From Camelus dromedarius (lineage: Eukaryota), in NCBI RefSeq assembly GCF_036321535.1, contig NC_087437.1, positions 38,008,001 to 38,072,000 of the forward strand: DNA of 64,000 bases, read 5' to 3'. Below are positions 37,555-50,180 of the stretch, piece by piece (within the stretch, counting starts at the first letter, position 1; the number at the start of each line of letters is the position of its first letter). The translations under genes and the position numbers were made by a program. The notes under the pieces are model-generated. The model was not told where the DNA came from, ran no database searches, and saw only the letters and a list, made by a program, of their open reading frames with translations.

Positions 37555-38476
37555 TTTTAGGAATAACTTCAGCTTTTTCCTAACTATGTAGGGAGAAGCT
37601 CTGTTCTTCCCTACTGTGTATTTCTTCCTTTTCTAATCACACGGAACACTTCTGACACTTCTGGTCACCAAATGTGTGGAGGTTTTTCTCACACAGTAAG
37701 CAAGTTTTCAACACCAGCTGGGTGTCCTACAATTTAACTCAGTTCTGACACGATCTACCCAGACAGAGCATCGGCTCTCAGTCCCACAAGACTGCCCCAC
37801 CCTCTCAACACACTTCAGACACCAGTGGCGAGCTCAGATCATCCCCTGTGCTGTGTGACCAACCAGCTGTAGACTGAAAGTTCCAATGACCCCCCCCTCA
37901 GGTTTGATAAATTGCAAGAACGGCTCACAGAACTCAGAGAAACATTTATGATTACCAGTTTACTCAAGGATATGATAAAGGATACAGATGAACAGCCAGA
38001 TGAAGACATACATAGGGTGAGGTCTGGGAGGGCCCAGGGGTCCATGGAGTCGGACTGTTGCCCCCCCCCCACCCCAGTGTGGATGTGTTCTCCAGCTTGG
38101 AAGCTCTCTAATCCCCACATGACTGGGATTTTATAGAGGCTTCCTCATGAACCATGATCAATTGCTAACTCTTTTTCTATCCCCTACCCCTATCTACAGG
38201 ATGAAGGATGAAGCTGAAAATTCTCAGCTTCTAATCATGGTGTGGCCTTTCCGGTGACCAGTCCCCATCCAGAGTCTCCTCCTCAGAGCAAAAATTGGCC
38301 TGGTGCTCTTATCACTTAGGAATTTACAAAGATTTTAGGACCACTGTGTCAGGGACAGGGTCAAAGACAAAATAACAGACCAAGTGATGCTCCCAGTGTT
38401 CTTACCATTTAGGAATGTGTACATTATTAGGAGCTCACCAGGCACAGTGATTGATCTAGATATTTATTATTTCACA
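37555..38476 (-). mobile_element. Solo LTR, MER21B-like, with 4-bp TSD
   Basis: 'acacttctgacacttctggtcaccaaatgtgtgg', 'acaccagctgggtgtcctacaatttaactcagttctgacac' and 'cggctcacagaactcagagaaaca...attaccagttta...aaggatacagatgaacagccagatgaaga'. Flanked by acat at 37551-37554 and 38477-38480. Confidence 0.8.
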
Positions 38477-41400
38477 ACATGTGAAATTTGAGAAAGGAAA
38501 ATGGTAAGTAAGCAGTTGGAATTTAGTGGTTAATCTTTAATTTATTGAGGGTATCTCTGCTTTCCATCCAAATGGATTCACAAACTATTTAATGTAGTGT
38601 TCTCCCAGGAGCACTAAAAATGTGACCAAATTTACAAATTTCAATACATAAATGATATTTTAAAATTTACATGTTACAGTAAATTAATTCACAGGATTTA
38701 CAGCACCTGCCCCCTCCCAGATCTTTGGCCTAGGTTTGTCCCACCATCTCTTCAGGACTTCCTTTCACTACAGAAAATTTTTAAATTTAAAAACTACCAT
38801 TGCAGAGAAAACTATATTTCACAGATGATAATTTAATTTCAGAAAAATCAATACTCTGAGCTAAATAAAGTGAAATTCTGTATCGAATACATTTTTACTA
38901 TGGCTATAAGTTACTATGGGACAATTTTAATATGTGCTTTACACATGTAAACTATTTTTTACCATGATAGTTTAACATTTAAATAAAAATAATTGATAAC
39001 ATAGCATATAGCCTGTGCCTAAAGGATCCACGTTTAAAAAGTGAGACGTGCAGATTCAGTACCTTTAGAAAAAAATCAGGAACCAATTGAGCAAAAAGAA
39101 AATACAAATGAAACATTCCGTTAGTACCATGATTAGTGGTGGTAGCAGCAAATGAAACATTTCGCAAGTTGCTTCTGTTATTTTGACATGTTTATATAAA
39201 GAGCAGACAAAGCAATTTTCATATAGTAAACATATTTACTCTTTGTATTTAAGCAGATGAAGATGAACAGGAGTTCCTCACATAAGCTGTTTTAGCAAAA
39301 CACGGAGATACAGGTGAATGAGTGATACTAATAAACAGCAAAGGATAAAAACTTATTTCTCTCAGGATCATATTCTCTGCTTCACTTTGCATACAGGGAA
39401 CTCCTTAGGATAAATATAAGCTTTATATATATTTTGAAGTAGTTTTTGATTCCTTCTAGGGGAATTTCTGTGGCTGTAATATATTTATAAAACTGATCAA
39501 ATTCCACTACTAATTTTGTTCACATTCCAAAATCTGTACAGTCTTTAAAAAGGACCCAAAGATAGCATTCTTAAATACATTAATTAATTTTAATAATTTT
39601 TTGTTATATAACCAAATAAAATTAGTTTAATACCCACTGAATTCTATTAAAAAACTGGACATTAATTCATTAATTCATAAGTGCATTACCAGTATTTCAA
39701 ACATCCTTGTTCCATTTTAATCTATAAGGCTACAGCTTAGGCTGATTAGTTGTATAAAACTTACTCTGAACCTCATGGTTTTCTACAAGCTTCCAAGATA
39801 AATGTTTAAAGACAAATGGAATAATTTAAATAATTTTTCTTCACAAATACACACACATATACACACAAACACACACATTCCTATTTATCTAGTTCCTTAC
39901 TCTTATGTATTATGTATATACGTGTGTGTATGTGTGTGTGTGTGTGTGTGTATTCCACAACTTAAATACTAGGGATAACAAAAACAACAGAGCAAGTATC
40001 ATTTATGTAAAACTCTAATCTATATCACAGTATCATACTATTGCAATTCATTGTAACAGTGCCAAAATATATAAATAACAACTATATATTGACCGTCAGA
40101 ACAAAAAACATCTTATTTAGTTTTGTATGCTTAGTACCAATCATAAATCTGAGCAGGAAATAGATACTTAATAAATGCTTGTTGAAATGGGAACTAAGTG
40201 AATAGCCTTCAGAACTTTAGATATATTTTGAATTAATTCAGAATGACATATAAAATGCTTTTCACAGTAATATAAGAAGAGAGAAATTCACTTTATTCTC
40301 ATGTGTTAAGATGAATAAAAATGTCTTGTAAATATAACTCTTCTAAGATCAAAAACTTGAAAACTCACATTGATTCTTCAAGTGCCTAAAGCAGTAATAC
40401 ATTTGACTTCAAAGTCCTACATGAGCCTATGGAGGGTCACCATGGGCATGAGTTTCTCTTAAGCTTGTTCACATACTGAATCTCAGCTCTTTTCCAAGTT
40501 TTCTGTCCTCCATCTAGATGCACTGTATATTTTTAGGAAGATTTTTATGACTGCACTTTTTTCCCTCTGGATGTAATAAGGGCAAAGAAAACATTAGTTA
40601 CTAAAGCAATATGGAGTGTATAATAATGTAGTTTTGCATAGAGGATTTTTTATAAGTGGATTATTTGCAATTTAGATTATATTTAATACAAATGTCTAAA
40701 TCGAGTTTACTTTTTGTTACTTGTTTCCCCTGTCTCCTGACATTTCCATTGCAAACTGTGGAAGAAAGAGAATTAATTATTGAAGAACTAGTCCCTAGAT
40801 TCAGGAGTTTAAGCTTTCTCCTTATTTCAACAAGTTTGCTTTTTTAAGCAGGAATCTGGGCATGGGGTGGGGAGCAGGACTGTATTAGTACACTACAGAA
40901 GTTTGCAATAATTCAAAAATTATTCTCTAATAATGATTTCTTGGATCTAAATATACTGTGTAAGTAGAGTCTATGGTCAAGTTGGTTATTAAATTTTTAT
41001 TATCTCATCATCCCTAACTAGTGGATAGGGATACATTCTCAACTTCACAGAGAAATAGGAGTACAGACTTTTATGAGAGAAAGAAGAGAAGAGAAAAGTG
41101 AAGGCAAGGGAAGGGAGGGGAAGAAAGGAAAGAATCCCAAAGGAAATACATAAATGATATAACCTTGTTACCAAATTTGATCAACAGGCAAAACACATCA
41201 GTGATCTAAACTTTCTACGGAGGGGAAAAAAAAAAAAAAAGAGGAAGATTTATTTTCACTCAGCACTAATAAAAAGGACCGAATTACATTTCAGTTAAAT
41301 AAATGCCATTAGGAAGTTGAGATATATTTAGCTGCACATCATCCCCTAACTTTAAAAATAATTATTAACTGTAGTAACTGGAGGCATGTGGAATATGGGA

Positions 41401-44400
41401 TGAGGTTTCAGCACTAGCAATAAGCAAAGGCCAATTATGATATAATAGAGACAGATATGTGCTATGGAAGTGGATGCCTGGGAACTAAGAAAACAACATC
41501 CGGCCTAAAGGGTGATTAAAAATTAAAGCTCAGCATTGCACATAAGATGAGACTTCTTGAGTGTTCCCTGGTGTTGGGAACCTTGTCTAATCTTCTTACT
41601 TTTTTATTTTTTACCAGCACTTAACAAAGAATCTGGCCCAGGTTTTCAGTCAGTGTTGTTCAACTCGATCACATTTAAGGAAAACAAAAGGAATTTTTTA
41701 AAAAATGTCTTAAACACACACAAACATTTTTCTCCTTTTAATCCAAATCTAAATGTTTCAACACATTTTCAGCTTTGCTGAGATGTAGTTTTTTTTTTCT
41801 CTGAATTTGTGACTAAAAACCAGGTGCCCACTTTAAAGCAGATTTTCTATACTTTGTAGGAACATTTAAATTGTAATTAGTATTTGAAAGAGGTTTTGGT
41901 ACTTACCCCAGTCTCCTAAATACTTCACTAAAATAGTTGGATAGAATCATGCAAGCAAATTGATTCCAGGCACACAGTTTGCATTTAGCAATTAGGACGC
42001 ACTGCACATCGTCAGTTGTTCATCAGCTGAAAGGGCAAGAGGTTGCCAGACAAAGGATCTTTAAGATCTTCACTAAATGGTTGGTATGATGGATGAACAA
42101 AGCTTTCATGGTCAGAAAGATTATCCTTTCTTCTTTCCTCTGCATTGTTTGGACAGAGGGTTGGCTTAATTAGCTGGAGAATTAAAGAGGAATACCAGGC
42201 AATGTTTAGCCTCCTCCAGCTTTCCAGAAAAATGAACTGGGTTGAATACTAGATTGATGTAAAGAGAAGCAGAAACGTTTCCTTCCTTCCTTCCTTCTGT
42301 TTTTCCTCCTTCCCTCCCTCCACCCCTCCCTCCTTTTGTTCTTTCCTTCTTTCTTTTCTTTATTAGCTTGGCAGGTGCATCCAGACATCTTGCCAATTTC
42401 TAATTGTGAAAATGCATTATATGTGTACCTATTTCTGTTTTCTAGTGATGATAGAGCAATTGCTATCATTTGGATGCAATCATGTGAATCCCAGAGGGGT
42501 TACAGCCGAACAGGCTGTAGAAAGTTCAAATGCTTTCACGTAATGGCACTAGAGCACTTATTTTAATAAGAGTGCAGACTTAGTATTAATTATGGATAAG
42601 AAAATAATCCCAAACTTGAAACAAACTGGCTTGTTTTTGAGTCTTCCAAATTCTATCAGTTGTGTTCTTCTTCATGTCAGTTTGCTTTAGTCTGTGGCAT
42701 AAAACTGATGGCAGGAAGCCCACAGTTTTAGGAATAAGTCTAGGAAATGCCAAGAAAAAGTCCTGGAAACTTAGTTTTGTAGTACCATATGCAAGTCTTA
42801 AAATAGCTTGATTTTAAGGGAACACTGGAACATTAGAAGGGACTTCGGAAACCAAATGCTTAGAGAAAATTATACAAAACCTTAGCTATTGCACTTTTTT
42901 TTTCCTTATTGGTTAGTCTATCAAATAATTCTCCTTGAATTCAAACTTGTTTTTCTTTGTATCACTATTTGCTGGTGATCCCTATATTTGAATAATCAAT
43001 TCCATTAGACTGAAAAGTTCCATGAGCGTAGATAACACATCTGTTTCACTCATTCGTGTAGCCTAGCAGGGTCAGTGCTCAATAAAAGCTACTCAGTAAA
43101 GGTTTTTCCTACCAGAGGGCTTGCTTAGGTAAGTAAACCATTAGACTGATTGTATTGAAACCAGGCGTAATTTTATGACTATATATATATCTCCAATGTG
43201 CAAAGAAAAGCTTTATGTAGTATAATGAGTATTGCAAACTGAAGTAAAAGATGTCCATATATATTTGATTTTATTGTATGTAACAGGACACTGATTCTAG
43301 GGAAAGAAAGGTGAAGGAACCAAATGTGCCATGTTAACGTGCAGACATAGCGATGACACTGTTTTTGAAGAAACAAATATTTTAAGTAAGTTTTATTGCT
43401 GTATGCACATGTACAGAATAGAGCCCCAAAGCATGCTGAATGAATTTTCCAAAGTGCGCACTCAAGCATACTGGATTTCTAATCATTAAAATGGTTAGAC
43501 ACACAAAATAATCTTATTTCATTTAATGATAAATTTTTGTATAATTTAACTAATTGGTGAAGTTCTTTGACCCAAGTGATATTAAATCTATATTAACATT
43601 GAGGAGGTAACAGCAAACATTTGTTTGCTATCTACTGTATAAAATACCATTGTTGTTTTTTCAACAATTCTATTGTATTTGACCAATAATTTGTAAATTA
43701 AAAGTAATCCTATTCATAGTTTCCATTGTTAAGACTTTAATGGTGTCCCATTTCAGACAATTATTTCTCATGAAAGCATTTTATTTTATCAGCATGTAGT
43801 TGGAAATATTTTATAATCAAAGATTTTCTATTATTAAATTGTTTCAGTTAATCTTTAGATACGTTTCCTAGCTTTTCTATTGCTTAAATAATTATTTTTT
43901 TCTCAGAGATAAATATTATGATCTTTAAATAAAGTTTAAGTTTTCCTGAAGTGATGTTGTCTCATCTTCTATTCAGTGTTCCATTCTCTCTAGACTATCT
44001 GCTTAAAGCTCTTCTGGCTTCTGTTTGTTCAGTTTGTATAATGAGACGTGTGTCACATTTTGGACAAAGTCATTCCAATTCCTGACAACTTTATTCGTTA
44101 TTAAGTCTGGTTGATAAAACAGATCTGTATTAAGGCCCTACTGGAATTCCAGGAACTGGGGCTATTTTTCATTCTTACTCAAAGAGAAATAGGTTTTATT
44201 ATTTATTTATTTTAAATACTAAGCTAACATGATCTCTCTCTCTGAATTTTACCCAAAGGTTCTCTGCTTTGCACCCGCATAGAATATATCCAAACCCACT
44301 TTCTGACACAATTTTTGTTGTACTTGAAGCCAGGTATATTCATCCCCTAACACAAACACCTTTTTTGTCTTCCAGATTAAAGATAACCTCTTCATTAATG

Positions 44401-46639
44401 AGACAATGACATTATTCTTATCTGGAGATGTATCACATGATAGCCAGTGTTCTGCTGATCTTTTTCAGTCCACAATAAAATATCAAACTGATTATTTTTC
44501 AGGAAGTTGTTTGTTGTTCACTTACTGAATTTTATCGCCTAAAGTGTGCCAGGAACTGCTCTGTGGGCAATGGATATAGCAGTGAACCGAGCTAATGGGG
44601 TCCCTGATCACAGAGATCCATCAATGTAATGAGTGGAGACAGACAACAAATAAGAAATAACATTAACACTGAGGTGGTAATATTGCCTAGGAAGAAAAGA
44701 CAAGCAGTGTAACCAAATATCTTTAAAGAGTATGTCATGACTCAGAACTGGCTATTGAATCATAGAAAGGAGTTGTGAGATGAGCTGAAGGCGGGTGGTG
44801 AACGCACCTTTCTTCCCACACGGCTTCTTGGCTACAGCTTTCTGGCTTTCACCTAGAGAGAGACATGTGAGAAGAAGTGGATTTTTCAGGTCTCCTAGAT
44901 ACTAAATACAGCTCAGGCAATTCCTTCTGGACTCTTCCGTAGTGACAGTGACGAATGTGACTTCCAGATGACTTGTGAATTACAGCTAAGTCAGGCACAG
45001 GATTTTGCTTCTTATGTCCAAGGCAGATGTACCATAATAAAAACTGTAATTATTTTACACTGGGAAGTATGATTTAATAACTTGTGAATTTAAAAGCAGT
45101 GCCCTTGGGCACTATTTCAAGAATTTTATTCAAAAATATTAAGGTAATGTTGAAGAATTTAAAATATCTTTTCTATTAAATTGTATTCTGTTTCATTATG
45201 AGAGCTACACATATGTTTATCTTCTGATTAGATATATTTTCAAGATTTTATGTGAATGTAGAATTATAAAATTTGAAATATAAATTATGAAGTATGTATA
45301 AAATTAATACATTTTTTTTGAAATCAGAAATCTTAAAATATCCTTAATGTGAGAGGAGGGATAAAAGTTTATTTTCTACATAAAGAATGGTAACTTTATA
45401 AAGAAGATAAGGGGAATTCCTGCCAACAATATATTCATCTTATGTTTCAAAGGTCTGGGTTTTTTTTTGGTACCAGGAGATCTAAAATGTTATTGCAGGT
45501 GTCATAATTTAAAAACAATTTTAATATTATGAGATGATGTGGTAAAAAGTCTTTATTAAAAATTTTATCAGTCATGTGATCTTGGGAAATTTGCCTAAAC
45601 TCTCCAATCATTAGTTGATTTGTAATATAGGGATATTAATGTATTTTTCAAAATATATGAAATATCTATATAGGATGTTTAGAGCCATACCTGGATCTTA
45701 ATGAAATATTTAACGAATGGAAACTATGATGATGAAGAGGAAGACAAAGGTAATAGGACAGAAACGACACTGGCCTGTAAGCACCAGAGCAGAGCCACCC
45801 TGGCTGTTCTTTGCTGACTTCCACAGTAGGACACATATTACTCACTGCACAAGTTTTGCCAATAAATATATGAGACAGGTTTTATTAGGGAAATAGAGAA
45901 CAGAGGAATTAGTTACCTTGGCAACTCTGTGGTAAACGTGGGCTTCAAAAAATCCACTTTGGATTTGTCTAATAGCCACGCTCTTTCTGATGCATCATAG
46001 TTTGTTAGAAATGTAATTAAAAAAAGCAAAGCTTTATTTGCTGAAGTGAAAGAAAAACCAAGAAATCCTTACTTAAGTATGTGTTTAGATTTTCAACTTC
46101 TAACATCATCTCTTTCCATATTTTCAGAATTAAAAAGTAATTAAAATAAAAAAGCACTGCATCTTTTAAACTCATTTGTAATTTTAAATATTATCATCCT
46201 AACTCTTTTTTTGGAAAATGCATTCCTTTAGACATTCATTTACCAGTAATTCATATTATCCATACAGTCCAGTGATGAGAGTGTTATTCATGAGATAGCT
46301 TTTCATTAAAATATGTATTTACTTTTACTCGGTGCCTCTTTTGCTACTACCATCTTTTTGTCTCGTATTGCTAACTTTCTCTTTTGTTGGTGTAGTTTGA
46401 AAAAAATATACTCTTGGCGTTTCTGCTTCCCATACTATAAATCAGTGATTCTCAATGGGACGGGAAATAAGAGTAAAAGAAAATGGTGGTGATTCGGAGA
46501 CACATCCATTAGGGATGGTACCAGACTTCATAGAAATAGATGAGCTTACAAGGGAAGCATATAGGAAAAGCAAAGGGAAGAGATCTAAAAACCTAGCTCT
46601 GGAAAGCCTTAGAGGTAGAGAAGACAAAAAGAATCCATT

Positions 46640-48290
46640 CAACTATTCATTTACTCACTTACTGAGCAGTTATCCTTGACTATCTATTATGTGCCCAAAT
46701 ATGCTGTGGGAACTGGATTACACAGTTCTAAACAAACAAGCTCTTGTTCTTCTGGAGCTCATATTTTGGTGAGAGAGAGAGAGAGATGATGAATAAGATC
46801 AACCCATTAAATAAGATATGCGAAGGGGACAAAAGAAGCAGAGAAGGAAAATGTTAAGTGTGTAGAAATTTCAAAAATGTGTGAAGGTAGCCAGCAAATT
46901 CTCCACTGGGGAGGTGATTTTTTCAATCGACCTGAAGAAAATGAACAACATCTTCACGTCCTCTTCTAGAGAAGGAGGCAAAGAGACCAGTGAAGAAGAT
47001 CAGTGCAGAAGGTCCTGGTTATACGTAGCATGGGATGTGCCCAGTCACTTCAAGCAGCAGCAGGGAAACCGGTGTGGCTGGTGTGGAATGGATGCAGCAA
47101 AGGCAGAGGAGAAGAAGTCAGGGAATAGATTGTTGAAGGGGGCCTATAAATCATTGGTAGAGATTTCGTTTTACTCCCAGTGAGATGAAAGCAAAAGAAG
47201 CATTTAAACAAAAAAATGACATGACCTGACAAACTTAATAGCTTCTTTTGGCTGGTGTGTTGAGAACAGATGGAAGTTGAACAAACACAGAAAATAGACC
47301 CCAGACTGAAGGCTAGTGCAAAAATACATGTGGGAGATGATGCTGGTTTGAACCTAAGTAATAGCAGTGGAAGTAGCCAAGACTGGTTAAATTCTGGGTG
47401 TTTTCTAACTCATTTATTTATTTGTTTGTTTTATGCTATAGTACAGACATCACATTCTTCACCTGAGCAATTCTTCCCCCCAGGCATATTTCTACTTATC
47501 CAAAACAATGTCATACCTAGTAACTTTAACAATGATTTCTTAATACCACCTATTGCCCAGACTATATATTTATAACTATTTTAGATAAGAATATCTATAA
47601 TGAACATTCAAAATTATAAGCAATGTGTACTCTTGAAGAGAATTCTAATTGGTTACATTTTTAAAGGTCAAGCTGACAGAATTTACTGATGTACTGGATG
47701 TGGGGAATGATAAAACGGGAGACAGCAACATTTATCTTGAGGGTTTTGGCATAAGCAAATGGAGGAATGGAGTTGTTTTTAACTGAGATGGGAAAGCCTG
47801 TGAGGAAAATATTAAAAGCAAATGATGGCTATAAAAAGCTTGTGATACTAGATATCGAAGTGGGTAGGTACACAGGGTCCAGGGTTTCAGGGAGAGGTCT
47901 GGGCTGCAAATATAACTTTGGAAGTCATCAGCATCTAGATGGTAGTTAAAGGTATGAAACTGGGTGGGATCATCCATAGAATAAATATGTTCAGAAAAGA
48001 GAACATGTCCAAGAACTGAGTTTTAGAACACCGTGACATTTAGAGATGAGGAAATACCAAGGAGTTTAAAATAGCAGGTTTGGAAAGGTTAGACAAAACC
48101 TGGTGGTTGCTGGGTTCCCAAGATCTAACTGAAGAAGACATTTCAAGGAAGAGAGAATGCAAAAGACACTGAACACTGATGATAGGGTAAATAAGAATAT
48201 TGAGAAATGACTATGATTTGGCAATATGCAAGTAAGTGCCAACCATTATGACAGTAATCAACATGAGGTGACTGGGATAGTGACATAGTG
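46640..48290 (-). mobile_element. L2 LINE
   Basis: 'attcatttactcacttactgagcagttatc...tatctattatgtgcc', 'gggagatgatgctggtttgaacc', 'cagggagaggtctgggctgcaaatataactttggaagtcatcagcatctagatggtagttaaaggtatgaaactgggtgggatcatc'. A short unrelated insert at ~47405-47640 interrupts it. Confidence 0.8.
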
Positions 48291-48640
48291 TAAATATAGA
48301 AAGAGAGGAGAAAAGTAAGCAATTGGTAGCAATAACTCATTTAGAGAGATCTGTTAGATTTAGAGAGCTTTGAAGAGATTGAAGGTATAAATGTTACCTA
48401 GAAAAGTTAAGGAAATGAATTGGTGAGGGACATTTAATGCTAAACAACATTAAAGACCTTGAGTGTAAGGTCTTGATTTTAATAGCAAGGTGTGTGTGTG
48501 TGTTTGTGTGTGCCTGTGTATATTTCCGGGCACATTAACTATTTGGTTACAATTATATATTTAGACATAAATAAGGTTTTGATTCTTGATGATGAGAAAG
48601 TTTGAAAAATAGAAGAAGTCAAAGTATTGTATAGATTATT

Positions 48641-48758
48641 TGGGGAGGGGTAATTAGATTTTTTAAAATTTATTTTAAGGAGGTACTGGGAATTTAACCC
48701 AGGACTTTGTGCATGCTAACTAAGTATGCACTCTACCACTGATCTATACCTTCCCCTC
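48641..48758 (-). mobile_element. tRNA-derived SINE, vic-1 (camelid) type
   Basis: Minus strand reads 'ggggaaggtatagatcagtggtagagtgcatacttagttagcatgcacaaagtcctgggttaaattcccagtacctcc' (A and B boxes), followed by tail 'ctaattacccctcccca'. TSD atagattatt (48631-48640) / atagattgtt (48762-48771). Confidence 0.85.
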
Positions 48759-49419
48759 CAGATAGATTGTTAGTATCAGCCCTGAAATAGTTAAAAATGC
48801 TTACATGATTTATGATAAAGAGAAGGAAAGAAAGCTAGATGCTAAAAATCTTCAATGAATGAACAGGGTTTACTAGGATTTAGGTAGATGACTACAGCAA
48901 AAATAGGCAAATGGGTAGCATAGTCTGACAGAATCTGCATCAAGTGAATTGAAATATTCTGAGGGAGGAGGTAAGAATTATTTTTTGAAAATGATAACCA
49001 GCACTCAAGTAGATACATATAAAAATCTGAGGTAAATGAATAGTAGAATAAAAATAGCCATCAGCTGAATGGGCTGAAGGTGAAATACAGTCTTCAGGAT
49101 CAGCCAGACATGACTTAAAGCCAGAGTTAAGGAAATATTCAAAAGTTGAAACTGCAGTGAATTTTGTTGCCAGCTTTGGAATCCCAGAAGGAACAGTTGA
49201 TGGGGTTTGTTGGTTTGGAAAATGTAGAAGTTTGACTAGTGCATATTTCAGCAGTGATTATTAAAGGAACACAAATATATTTCCAAAGGGATTTTTAAAC
49301 TTAAAATTATATTCCTTAGTATCATAGATTTTTATTACATATTTTAAATATTTAACTTAATGCTTGCAAAATTATGTGTATATAGGCAGATGGAGAGATA
49401 TTTCTCTACCATCATATGA

Positions 49420-50180
49420 TTCTGGAAGATCTAAGATACAGCACAGATGGATGACACCAATGACCTAAATCATCAGCTATAAACGTCATGTTGTTAGTCC
49501 TTACTTCACCAAACTTTTACCTTTCTTTCTGACAAACATTCTTCCATTACCTTTACAAACAGCACACATTTCTTGTTCTTTTCATTTTTTTCTTCTAATT
49601 TTCTAGTCACTCCTTCTTACCCTAAATTATAGGCACCTTTTCCTTATCTTCATCCAACATTAGGTATTGTCAGGTAGCCTGTGCCTATTCGGCTTATCAT
49701 CCTATATAAAATACCCTAGAGATCTCAAACAATTTGATTGATTACCATTTATATCCAAGTGCCTACTCAGCCTATCCCCATAGGTGTCTCATATGTACTA
49801 ACTCAATGTATGAAGGACTGAACTCATCAATTTAACCCTAGCCTCCACATGTACCTAGTCAGTAAAAGACCCTGGCTAGTCAAGTCAGAAAATCAGGTAA
49901 CATTCCTTGATTTCCTTTTCTTCTTACATATTCTCCGCATCTAACTAAGTAATCACCAAACATGATGGCTTATAACCACTGAACCTCTCAAATCCGTCTT
50001 CTGCCTGGTCTTTTAATTCCCAACATAACCCTGCTAATCTAGGCCATTATTATTGCTGCCCTGAACCACTGCAACACGTTTCCAAATCGTTCTCCCTTGT
50101 CACTTTCCTACTGACTCCACAGCATTTAGCACAGTGTCTGGTTCATAATTGGTCTCAATGAATATTTATTCAGTGAATGA
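49420..50180 (+). mobile_element. L2 LINE fragments
   Basis: 'actcaatgtatgaaggactgaactcatca', 'ccttgatttccttttc' and end 'agcacagtgtctggttcataattggtctcaatgaatatttattcagtgaatgaa'. Confidence 0.65.

Noticed and set aside
42278..42362. Polypyrimidine (CCTT/CCCT) tract as an H-DNA element (similar tract at ~24580-24640)
   Set aside because: It is an ordinary degenerate simple repeat with no evidence of function.
48680..48758. tRNA gene
   Set aside because: It is a SINE head with a disrupted anticodon arm, a SINE tail and a TSD.
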